64,000 nucleotides of DNA, taken from contig OZ241917.1 in assembly GCA_965203805.1 (NCBI GenBank), forward strand, positions 1,408,001 through 1,472,000, in the 5' to 3' direction. The translations under genes and the position numbers were made by a program. Position 1 is the first letter of the stretch; each line of letters starts with the position of its first letter. Source of the DNA: Candidatus Latescibacterota bacterium (GTDB taxonomy: Bacteria > Latescibacterota > UBA2968 > GCA-2709665). The notes under the pieces were generated by a model that saw only the letters and a list, made by a program, of their open reading frames with translations, was not told where the DNA came from and ran no database searches. This document shows, in pieces, positions 17,890 through 27,045 of this stretch.

Positions 17890-20800
17890 GTGAACGCCCA
17901 CGATCTATACAATGCGGGCACTGTCGACGGAATTATCCCGGAAGGCGATGCCGCGCGCCAAGCAGTTGATTCTCTTCGAGGATATGCGTATCAGGTCCTG
18001 GCGGCGACGCTCGCGTGGCTCGATATCGACGAAGATTGTCAACTGTTTCTGGAAGTCGCAGAAGACTACGCGACCATTGCGAAACATACGCTTGATGCTG
18101 TTCAGGTCAAATACACGAAGGGATCGGGATCGGTCACGCTGAATAGCGAAGATATCCGCAATGCAGTTGTCACGTTTATCGATCTCTTCGAACGAAATCC
18201 TGATATTCAGGTTGAACTCCGTTATTTTACCACATCGGAAATAGGAAAAGAGCAAGCAATTGCTGACCGCCCGGCCGGGATGGCCGGGCTGAAGTATTGG
18301 TGTAAAGTCGCCTCTGGTGCGGACCTTAAGCCCCTCCGCTCAATATTAGAGAGCGAGAAGTTCCCGGAATCCGTAAGGGATTTCGCCAGGGCTCGCTGTG
18401 ACACTGCGCTTCGCCGTGATCTCATTAAGAGAATAAGATGGGATTGCGGTAAGCCGGACTTTTCGACTCTTCGCCACAGACTGGAAGAACGTCTAATTGT
18501 CGTAGGCCGCGACCGATTCAAACTTCCGGCTGCAGTAGCGCGAGGGCTTGCCGATCTTCTGCTCTATCAGGTACTTAAAAAAAGCATCGCGGAGACATCC
18601 CAAGATCGCGTTCTCACGCGCGGAGCCCTTTACTCCGAGATCGATGCCGCCACCCAGATCTCAGTGTCGCAGTGGTCTTTTGACGCTCTTGTGAGATCTG
18701 CCACGCGCAGCATGGCGGGAATGCTTAAAGGAGACTCGGGCCTAAGCAATCCAATTTCCATTTCAGATACAGAATGGCTTATAGACGGTACCACGCTTCC
18801 CGCGCCCCAAGGCATGGTACCACGCGCTGCGCTCGAGTCCGCCGTGGCCGATGCCCTCAGAAATTTCGGCGCGGGCGTGATTGTGGGTAGCAGCGGGCTT
18901 GGGAAGTCGAACCTGTCAAGGGCTGCCGCAGTCGCGCATCCCGGCACCTTCCATATGGTGGGATTTAGAGACATAGGAGCGAACGAAACAAGCCGAATTC
19001 TCGAAATGGTTCTTGCCCGATTCGGGGGGCTGCAGTCGTCAGTTCTGATCCTGGACGACCTTAACCAAATCGACGACACATATGTTAAATTGTCGCTGGC
19101 GCGTGTCATTGAAGGTTCGCGACGGAACAACCGCGTCGTGCTCGTAACATGTGACCGGCGCCCTTCTTCGACTACGTTGGCCAAAATTGGCCTCAATCAA
19201 GGTTGCGTCGTCGAATGTCCGTACTTTTCCGAGAAGGAGGTTTGTTCGCTCGTCATAAAAAATGGAGGTGATCCGAAAAGATGGGGCAAACTCGCCTATA
19301 TCGCCGGAGCCGCCGGCCATCCGCAACTTACTCACGCTTTCGTAATTGGAATGGCGACGAGAAGATGGCCAGCTAGTGAGTTTAGAGACCTCATTAATCG
19401 TGGCATGTCTACCGAAGAGATCGATGCCACTCGCCTCGAAGTTCGACGGAGTTTGGTTTCTCGGCTTCCTGAGGAAACACGGAACCTTCTGTATCGGCTT
19501 AGCCTTACGATCGGACGCTTCAATCGGTCTACGGCGTTGGCCATAGGTGAGATACGCCCACAACTGTCCCGAGCTGGGGAATCTATCGACCAGCTCGTCG
19601 GACCGTGGATAGAACCCGTCGGACAAGATTTATTCCGCGTTTCCCCGCTTGCAAGTAGCATTGGGCGTGAGATGTTGTCTCCTGACGTCCAACAACGCAT
19701 CCATGAAATCCTCGCAGTCCAGATGCTCAGAAAACGCACGATCGATGCACGCGACGCCGACACAATATTGGCACATGCGATATTAGGCAAGTCACCGCAA
19801 AGCTTATTTTCGATCGCTCAAGGTGTGCTGTCGGCTGATCCTCTCAACGTCGAGATGCTTTCGGAACAGTTCTTACTCTTGCGCTTCGCCCGAGCCGACG
19901 TGCCAATCTTGGCGGATGATCCCTTTGTCTCTGGAATTGTTCGGCTCGCGCAATTCAAGCTTGCGGCGGCTACCGGTAAATCAGCCGAGATCGCAGAAAT
20001 CGCGACAACGTTTTACAACGAAATTCGGTGCATGCCAGCTGGCGAACTGAAGTCCGCCCTTGAAGCAATGGGGGTCTTCGTCGTGCTCGGTACGATGGGA
20101 GTCGCGAACCATATTGACAACTGGGTCACCCTATTACTTGAATTTAAGACTTCAGGAATAAACAATGCTTTTTTTCAGGACAGGATTGCCGGTGCCATGT
20201 CCGATCTGGATGGATTGAATTACGTTGACGCGCTTTTTGACCTCGGAAGTGCTGGTCTCACTTCAATAGGTAAACTTGAACAAATCATCAACGAACTCGA
20301 CAAACTGAATGAGAGCGACCGAGCGCTGTTGTTGACGCAGACAGACGAAACGTCCTCCGATTATTCAGTGTTAATCAACGGCACTTGGGCTGCACAGACA
20401 AACCGCGCGGATTTTGACGCGTGCGACGCCGCAGTTCGTTACCAGCGGATGGCGAAAATGACGCGGAGTTGGGGTATCCGCACGTTCTCACTCCAATGTT
20501 CGGTTGCCCAAGCGGTGATCCTTGACGAGCATGAGAACAAGAAAGATCGTGCTGTGGAAGTTCTCAACGAGACAGCTACGGCCCTGGGCGACGACCCAAT
20601 CCTTCGTAGCGCTTTAGCGAATATTCACTCGCGCCATCATGAAAATCAGGCCGCCTTCGAAATCTATCGTAGTTTGGCGGATCATGTTGGCGGAACCGAT
20701 CCAGCTGAGCGTGCGTTCTTGCTGCGTAAGGCGGCTATGAGCGCTGCAAAATGCGACGAATGGTCGCTAGCGGCAACCTGGTTTCTTGACGCGCAGAGTG

Positions 20801-21999
20801 CTGCTGAATTAGCCGAAGGCGATACAATGGACGCGTTCGCGATCGGCTTGGGGGCCGACTCGGCGGTGGCCGCTCTTAAGGCTGGAAATGTAGTCCAGGC
20901 GTTTAAGCGCCTTGCGGACTCGTTACAGGCCTTAGCTGACGTTGACCCAGAAGCGACATTGCAAGCGACATACTGCCACCTTGTTATTCGCCAAACCGTA
21001 CTTTGGGCACAATTCCAAATCGAGGGAAGCAAAGCCCTGATTGGCGGAGAGCGTATAGGAATGGAGCCGGGTTCCTGCAGCAATCCAAGTCCCTCGCCCG
21101 CAATCCGGGAACAGCCACTTGCACATATTGATGTCGCCTGGTATATGTTGGCTAAGGCGGAGGCCACCGCCGACATCGACGCAGGAATCTCAGCGACGCT
21201 TGTCGATCGCTTGGCGCAGGGTCCCATCCCAGCAATGGAAGTAGACCTGCGGACGAAAGCAATACAAGCGCACATCAATAGGCTCGATGCCAAGAGGTTT
21301 ACGGCTCATTTCATGCCCTACGTTGAATCGGCCGTATACTTGTCAAAGGAAACCCGTCGATTTCGGCCGACGTTCGATCCGTTGGCGCCGGAAAGAGGAC
21401 TGATACCCGCGCTGGACGAAAATCAGCCGTTTGACTCTGCGGCTGAAGAGGCGGCTAATGATGCCATCATTGCCTATGGCATCATTTCTTCAATGAAAGA
21501 ACAACCTGACGCCATGAAGGAGCTTGAAAACGCCTTAGAATGCCGATTCACCGGCCAGTTTCCCGGTAAACAGTTATTCGCATATTGGCACAAGAAGACT
21601 GGGGCTCTTTCGCAACTTGATCAAACTGTGGTAACGATCGCGAAAACGCATCTTCGTAACGAGCACGTGGAACCCTATTTTTTTTGGATGACCGGGCTAC
21701 GTTTCTTTGAGAGGATCAACCAATCTATGTTCAAGGATCTCCTTACACCCCGGCTCGCCGCCTGGCAGAGGGCTGGTTGGAAGCGAATAATAGCTGTAGA
21801 GTCGTTTCGCCTTACAAGACCTAGACATACTGTGCCCCCTATTGAGAAAATTCTGGCGATACCGGTCGATGATCGGCGCTTTGTCGCAAGGCTTCTTCTT
21901 GCAACCTCCGAGGCCGTCGACTCTCCCTCTCCCCTGGGGTCGGCGTACCGTCGTAGCCTTAAGGCTATGGCAAGGAATGAAGAATCGCACAAGGAATGA
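17890..21999 (+). CDS. Predicted nuclease (Cap4/DUF4297-like PD-(D/E)xK)-STAND NTPase-helical repeat protein, Avs-like
   Basis: N-term RGYAYQ..LEVAED..AVQVK; Walker A GSSGLGKS, Walker B LILDD, GHP motif; long Ala/Leu-rich helical C-terminus; more AT-rich than host genes. Confidence 0.7.
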   Translation: MNAHDLYNAGTVDGIIPEGDAARQAVDSLRGYAYQVLAATLAWLDIDEDCQLFLEVAEDYATIAKHTLDAVQVKYTKGSGSVTLNSEDIRNAVVTFIDLFERNPDIQVELRYFTTSEIGKEQAIADRPAGMAGLKYWCKVASGADLKPLRSILESEKFPESVRDFARARCDTALRRDLIKRIRWDCGKPDFSTLRHRLEERLIVVGRDRFKLPAAVARGLADLLLYQVLKKSIAETSQDRVLTRGALYSEIDAATQISVSQWSFDALVRSATRSMAGMLKGDSGLSNPISISDTEWLIDGTTLPAPQGMVPRAALESAVADALRNFGAGVIVGSSGLGKSNLSRAAAVAHPGTFHMVGFRDIGANETSRILEMVLARFGGLQSSVLILDDLNQIDDTYVKLSLARVIEGSRRNNRVVLVTCDRRPSSTTLAKIGLNQGCVVECPYFSEKEVCSLVIKNGGDPKRWGKLAYIAGAAGHPQLTHAFVIGMATRRWPASEFRDLINRGMSTEEIDATRLEVRRSLVSRLPEETRNLLYRLSLTIGRFNRSTALAIGEIRPQLSRAGESIDQLVGPWIEPVGQDLFRVSPLASSIGREMLSPDVQQRIHEILAVQMLRKRTIDARDADTILAHAILGKSPQSLFSIAQGVLSADPLNVEMLSEQFLLLRFARADVPILADDPFVSGIVRLAQFKLAAATGKSAEIAEIATTFYNEIRCMPAGELKSALEAMGVFVVLGTMGVANHIDNWVTLLLEFKTSGINNAFFQDRIAGAMSDLDGLNYVDALFDLGSAGLTSIGKLEQIINELDKLNESDRALLLTQTDETSSDYSVLINGTWAAQTNRADFDACDAAVRYQRMAKMTRSWGIRTFSLQCSVAQAVILDEHENKKDRAVEVLNETATALGDDPILRSALANIHSRHHENQAAFEIYRSLADHVGGTDPAERAFLLRKAAMSAAKCDEWSLAATWFLDAQSAAELAEGDTMDAFAIGLGADSAVAALKAGNVVQAFKRLADSLQALADVDPEATLQATYCHLVIRQTVLWAQFQIEGSKALIGGERIGMEPGSCSNPSPSPAIREQPLAHIDVAWYMLAKAEATADIDAGISATLVDRLAQGPIPAMEVDLRTKAIQAHINRLDAKRFTAHFMPYVESAVYLSKETRRFRPTFDPLAPERGLIPALDENQPFDSAAEEAANDAIIAYGIISSMKEQPDAMKELENALECRFTGQFPGKQLFAYWHKKTGALSQLDQTVVTIAKTHLRNEHVEPYFFWMTGLRFFERINQSMFKDLLTPRLAAWQRAGWKRIIAVESFRLTRPRHTVPPIEKILAIPVDDRRFVARLLLATSEAVDSPSPLGSAYRRSLKAMARNEESHKE

Positions 22000-22150
22000 G
22001 CTAAGTTGGCCGTACGCGATATTCTTTCCGTCCCGGAGCAATGGCAAATCGACAGCCATCGATTCGGGATCGGTCGATCAGATTATCTGTGTATCAGGTT
22101 GCGGTAGATTTCTTTGAAACCATCCTTCTCTGTGTGGAGGAACGCGAACC

Positions 22151-25120
22151 TTGATCCCTAGCGAATGTAAACGCCTCGCTGAGGTCGACTTCCCGATCGA
22201 GGAGGTTTCGCGACACGCGGCAAAAGAGAAGTCCATTCGACATGGCCACCCCTCGACCCTTCACTTGTGGTGGGCGCGACGACCGTTGGCCTCGTCAAGG
22301 GCCGTTTTGATGGCGTTGCTTTTGCCGGACCCTTGTGATGAATACTGTCCCGAGGAGTTTAAGAAAAAAGCTCGTGAGAGCCTTCTTTGTCTTAATGGAC
22401 GACCACAAGGTTGGACGACTGCCATCCGATCAGATGAAGGATTGAGCCGCATCATTTTAAAGTTCATCGCCGACTTTGCCGATTGGAAGAACGCGGCGAA
22501 TAGCGATTACTTGAAGACAGGCAGGGCGCTGGTGAAGGCGGCACACGGCGAGGAGCCACCGCTGGTGGTTGACCCTTTTGCAGGCGGGGGCTCAATTCCG
22601 TTGGAGGCGTTGCGGCTGGGTTGCGAGGCGTTCGCGAGCGATCTGAATCCGGTGGCGTGCCTGATCCTCAAAGTGATGCTGGAGGACATCCCACGCCACG
22701 GACGGGGGCTAGCTGACGAGTTGCGTCGCGTCGGCAGAGATATAAAGCACGATGCTGAACTCGAGTTCGCGGATCTGTACCCCAGAGACCCAGATGGTGC
22801 AACGCCGATTGCCTATTTGTGGGCGCGCACGGTGCGTTGCGAAGCGCCCAAATGCGGCGCAGAGATTCCGCTGATGCGTTCGTTCTGGCTGTGCAAGAAG
22901 GCCAAGCGCAAACGGGCATTGCGGCATCGAGTGGAACGGAGCGAAGTTGGGCCGGCGCGCGTCGAATTCGAGATCTTTGAACCGGACTCGGACGACGAAG
23001 TCCGAAGCGGGACAGTGACCCGCGCCAAAGCCACCTGCCTTTGCTGCGGTGCGGTGCTGCCGCCGGAGCGAGTGCGGGCGCAACTTGCGGCTGAGCGGGG
23101 CGGGGCGGATGTGATTTTTGACGCAGAGGGACGACGGACAGGTGGGGCGCGGATGACGGCAGTGGTGACGATCAAGTCTGGGGAGGCCGGGCGGCACTAT
23201 CGGCTGCCGACAAACGCGGATTACGCGGCGGCGCGAAGGGCTCATGAGCGTGTATCGCAGTATTTGATCGAATGGGAGAAGGAAGGGAAGCACGGACCTC
23301 GTCCGGTGCCGGATGAGCCGACACCTGCTGGAGGCGGATCGGGTGCGGGTCGTGCATTCAGCTTGCAACGCTACGGTATGATGCAGTGGGGCGACTTGTT
23401 TACGGCGCGGCAGAAGGCTGCTTTGGTGGGGTTAGGGACGCTACTCTCCACTGAATGCTCAAGAAACTATGAATTGGCCAAATCATTACTCGTGGGTCGG
23501 ATGGCGGACTTCCTTGTTTCCTTAGCACGATGGAAACCAGATGCAGAGTGCCCTGTTCAGGCTCTTGCTCGACAAGCGGTGCCAATGGTTTGGGATTTTG
23601 TTGAAGCTAACCCGTGGAGTGGTGCCACGGGTTCAATTGAAAGCCAAGCCAAACGAATGGCAGATTCTGTTGAATCGGTATGTATTCCGTTCGAGGATAC
23701 TGGACAAATTGAGCACATAGACGCTACCGCCCACCCACTCCCTGACCAGACCGCAGGAGTCTGGTTTACCGACCCACCCTATTACGACGCCATACCCTAT
23801 TCCGATCTCTCCGACTTTTTTTTCGTATGGCTCAAGCGGACGCTGCCAGATCACCCGTTGCTACGCGATCCGTTCGATCCACACAACCCACTCTCGCCTA
23901 AGACGGCCGAGGCCGTACAGGACGAAACCAAGCAAGCCGACGGCCTACCCAAAAACCGCGAGTGGTTTGAGGAAACAATGGCGAAAGCCTTCGCCGAGGG
24001 TCGCCGCGCGCTAAGCGAGGATGGCGTTGGCTCGGTGGTCTTCGCTCACAAAACCACCGAGGGCTGGGAGGCGTTGCTCTCCGGTATGATTCGAGGAGGT
24101 TGGACCATCACCGGCTCTTGGCCGATTGCAACCGAAATGGCGTCGCGCCTGCGAGCCCGCGAGTCCGCCGCTCTCGCCACCAGCATCCACCTTATCTGCC
24201 GCACCCGTCCCGATGATGCCGGCATCGGCGACTGGGGTGACGTCCTACGAGAATTGCCCGTTCGCGTCGCGGAATGGATGCAGCGCTTACAGCGCGACGG
24301 CATTCGTGGTGCTGATCTGGTGTTCGCCTGCATCGGTCCTGCGTTGGAGATATTCAGCCGCTTTCGTAAAGTTGAGACCGCCGAGGGTAAGACAGTCGCC
24401 CTGGCCGAGTACCTCGAGCGGGTATGGGAAGTGGTCGGTCGTGCCGCGTTGCAACAGGTACTCGGGGCTGCCCAGGCCGGCGCGCTCGAAGAGGACGCAC
24501 GCCTGACAGCGCTCTTTCTTTGGACTTTACAGACCACTGAAGTGCGTTCAGACGACGGGAAACCGGAGCAGCCAGAGGAGGAAGGGGCCATTACAGCTAC
24601 CGCAAAGGGCTTAAGCCTACCCTTTGACGTCGTGAGGCGATTTGCCCAGCCCATGGGCATCAACCTCGATACCTGGACTGACCGCATTATCGGCCAGGAA
24701 AAAGGCGTTGTACGCCTGCTGCCGGTGTCAGAGCGCGCAGGAAGTCTCTTTGGTGCGGAAGGGACAACTATGGTCGCTGAACGTATCGAACGCGATCCAC
24801 ATTGGGATGTTCAACAGAAACTCTTTGCGAATTTGGACGGGCCTGCGCCATCACTCGTTCGCGAACCTAGGATAGGATACGGCGAATCGGCTGACGACGA
24901 ATCCGATCGGGCGCCTGGCGACACCACGCTCGACCGCGTACACGCCGCGATGCTATTTCAGTCGAGCGGACACGCCAACGCATTGAGGGAATTGATTGGC
25001 GCAGAACAGGATCGCGGCCCAGACTTCCTTCGACTTGCGAATGCGTTGTCGGCGCTGTATCCAAGAGGCAGCAACGAGAAACGCCTGCTGGACGCTATGC
25101 TGCTGGCAGTTCCAAGGTAG
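22151..25120 (+). CDS. DUF1156 adenine-specific DNA methyltransferase
   Basis: LHLWWARRPL, motif I DPFAGGGSIP, motif IV TDPPYYD, Zn-finger insert; GGAGG RBS with TTG start. Confidence 0.9.
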   Translation: MIPSECKRLAEVDFPIEEVSRHAAKEKSIRHGHPSTLHLWWARRPLASSRAVLMALLLPDPCDEYCPEEFKKKARESLLCLNGRPQGWTTAIRSDEGLSRIILKFIADFADWKNAANSDYLKTGRALVKAAHGEEPPLVVDPFAGGGSIPLEALRLGCEAFASDLNPVACLILKVMLEDIPRHGRGLADELRRVGRDIKHDAELEFADLYPRDPDGATPIAYLWARTVRCEAPKCGAEIPLMRSFWLCKKAKRKRALRHRVERSEVGPARVEFEIFEPDSDDEVRSGTVTRAKATCLCCGAVLPPERVRAQLAAERGGADVIFDAEGRRTGGARMTAVVTIKSGEAGRHYRLPTNADYAAARRAHERVSQYLIEWEKEGKHGPRPVPDEPTPAGGGSGAGRAFSLQRYGMMQWGDLFTARQKAALVGLGTLLSTECSRNYELAKSLLVGRMADFLVSLARWKPDAECPVQALARQAVPMVWDFVEANPWSGATGSIESQAKRMADSVESVCIPFEDTGQIEHIDATAHPLPDQTAGVWFTDPPYYDAIPYSDLSDFFFVWLKRTLPDHPLLRDPFDPHNPLSPKTAEAVQDETKQADGLPKNREWFEETMAKAFAEGRRALSEDGVGSVVFAHKTTEGWEALLSGMIRGGWTITGSWPIATEMASRLRARESAALATSIHLICRTRPDDAGIGDWGDVLRELPVRVAEWMQRLQRDGIRGADLVFACIGPALEIFSRFRKVETAEGKTVALAEYLERVWEVVGRAALQQVLGAAQAGALEEDARLTALFLWTLQTTEVRSDDGKPEQPEEEGAITATAKGLSLPFDVVRRFAQPMGINLDTWTDRIIGQEKGVVRLLPVSERAGSLFGAEGTTMVAERIERDPHWDVQQKLFANLDGPAPSLVREPRIGYGESADDESDRAPGDTTLDRVHAAMLFQSSGHANALRELIGAEQDRGPDFLRLANALSALYPRGSNEKRLLDAMLLAVPR

Positions 25121-25332
25121 TGGACAAAATCCCACTGTCGGACGTAATACAACCGAAGCCCCGCGAACACCAGCGGTCACTCTGACTGATTGACCTGAAC
25201 GAAACGGGTCGACAGTAGCGCCTGCGCCGTCACCCCGCACGCGTTCATCGACAAAGATGCGCTGAACGTTCTCCCATTTCCTGAACCGTAAAACGACCTT
25301 ACGCGAAAAGTATCGGCTTCACCGAGGCAATC

Positions 25333-27015
25333 GTGATCCGGCGAGTTACGATAACGAACTTCAAGCGTTTCCGAAACCAGGCCTTTGAACTGGCGGACTC
25401 AGTCGTACTGGCCGGACCGAACAATGCAGGTAAGTCCACGTTACTCCAGGCGATTACAATGTGGAAGTTCGGTCTGGACCGCTGGATTTCTCAGCGCGTG
25501 GGAGGCAGGGCCGTTACCAGGTCCGGCATTGCGATACCGCGAGCCGATATTACTGCTGTCCCGCTCCGTGAAATGAATTTGCTCTGGGAAGATCGCCGGG
25601 TCACCGGGCCGCGCGGGATGTCGGGCAGCCGGCGGCTTATCGAAATCGTCGTCGAAGGCGAAGCGAACGGGGAATCCTGGACCTGTGGCATCGAACTCCA
25701 GTACGCCAATCCCGAGTTGGCATACGTACGGCCACTGGACGCGAAAAGTCTCGATAGAGAAACCTTGCGAAATTTCCCTCCGGAGGCGGCGCGGCAACTC
25801 AATATCGTTCACGTTCCTCCGCTTTCCGGCGTTGAGCGCGATGAGCCGCGGCGTGACAGAGGAATGCAGGACCTGTTGGTGGGACAGGGTCGGCCAGGCG
25901 AAATCCTGCGCAATCTCCTCCTGGAGATCGCCGAGAGCAAAGAAAGAGGGCGTTGGTTATCTCTTGCACGTCACATCAAGGAACTCTTTCGGATCGAATT
26001 GCTTAAGCCTGTCTATTCTCCTGCGCAACCATACATTGTGTGCGAGTACCGAGAGCCGGGGCACACCCGGCCACTGGATCTCTCAAACGCAGGAAGCGGT
26101 ACACTGCAAGTGCTTCTCTTATTCGCGTTCCTGTATGCCCGTCCCGCAACGGTGATATTGCTTGACGAGCCGGACGCCCACCAGCACGTCATTCTTCAAC
26201 GACAGGTCTACGACCTCATTCGCAAAGTTGCGCACGAACGTGGCGGGCAGATTATTGTTGCGACACATTCTGAGGTCGTTCTTGATGCGACTGAGCCCGA
26301 GCGGGTGATCGGGCTTTTTGGAAGCGCGCCGCGTTCGCTGGCTAGCGAGACGGAACGGAATCAACTCAGGGAGGCACTTAAACGCGTTACCACGACCGAT
26401 CTGTTGCTGGCTCAGGAAGTCGGCGCCGTTCTCTACGTTGAAAGCGAGACTGACGAAAGGATCCTCTCGGTATGGGCGCATCTCCTGGATCATCCTGCTC
26501 GACGATTCTTCGAGCGGCCTTTTGTCCATTGGTTGAGCGGACGAAGCCTGCGCGAGGCGAAAGCACATTTTTTCGCAATGCAAGCAGTGTTTCCAGGGCT
26601 GCCCGCAGTCTGTCTTCTCGACGGAGACAATCTCGACAGACCAGACTCCGAAATGACGGGCGCCGGCCTCGAGCTACTTCGGTGGCGTCGCTACGAGATT
26701 GAAAATTACCTCTTACAGCCGGAGGCAATAAAGCGTTTTGTCGACTTCCCGCTTATGAATTCAAAAATTGAAGCCGCGTTCTGGAGTCAAGTGCCCCGCG
26801 GTACCGATCTCTTTGGAAACCACGTGTCGTTAGAACGCGTAAAAGCCAGCGACGAGTTTCTTGTGCCACTTTTGGACGAGGTTGGCAAGAGGACACCGAA
26901 GCGAGATCTATATTTGTTAGCTACGACTATGGAGGAAGAGGAGATCCATCCCGAGATACGCGAAAAACTCGATCGCATCGCAGCATCGCTCAATACGCGT
27001 GAGTCGTCAGAATAG
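25333..27015 (+). CDS. OLD-like ABC ATPase-TOPRIM nuclease
   Basis: GPNNAGKST, LSNAGSG, LLDEPDAH, ATHS; TOPRIM LYVESETD, DGD, YEIENY. Confidence 0.8.
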   Translation: MIRRVTITNFKRFRNQAFELADSVVLAGPNNAGKSTLLQAITMWKFGLDRWISQRVGGRAVTRSGIAIPRADITAVPLREMNLLWEDRRVTGPRGMSGSRRLIEIVVEGEANGESWTCGIELQYANPELAYVRPLDAKSLDRETLRNFPPEAARQLNIVHVPPLSGVERDEPRRDRGMQDLLVGQGRPGEILRNLLLEIAESKERGRWLSLARHIKELFRIELLKPVYSPAQPYIVCEYREPGHTRPLDLSNAGSGTLQVLLLFAFLYARPATVILLDEPDAHQHVILQRQVYDLIRKVAHERGGQIIVATHSEVVLDATEPERVIGLFGSAPRSLASETERNQLREALKRVTTTDLLLAQEVGAVLYVESETDERILSVWAHLLDHPARRFFERPFVHWLSGRSLREAKAHFFAMQAVFPGLPAVCLLDGDNLDRPDSEMTGAGLELLRWRRYEIENYLLQPEAIKRFVDFPLMNSKIEAAFWSQVPRGTDLFGNHVSLERVKASDEFLVPLLDEVGKRTPKRDLYLLATTMEEEEIHPEIREKLDRIAASLNTRESSE

Positions 27016-27045
27016 CGATTCTCCATTATCCATAGGAACTCAGGA

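Noticed and set aside
25120-25185. Mini-ORF MDKIPLSDVIQPKPREHQRSL coupled to the MTase stop, as remnant of a former cargo gene
   Set aside because: Too short to assign without a search
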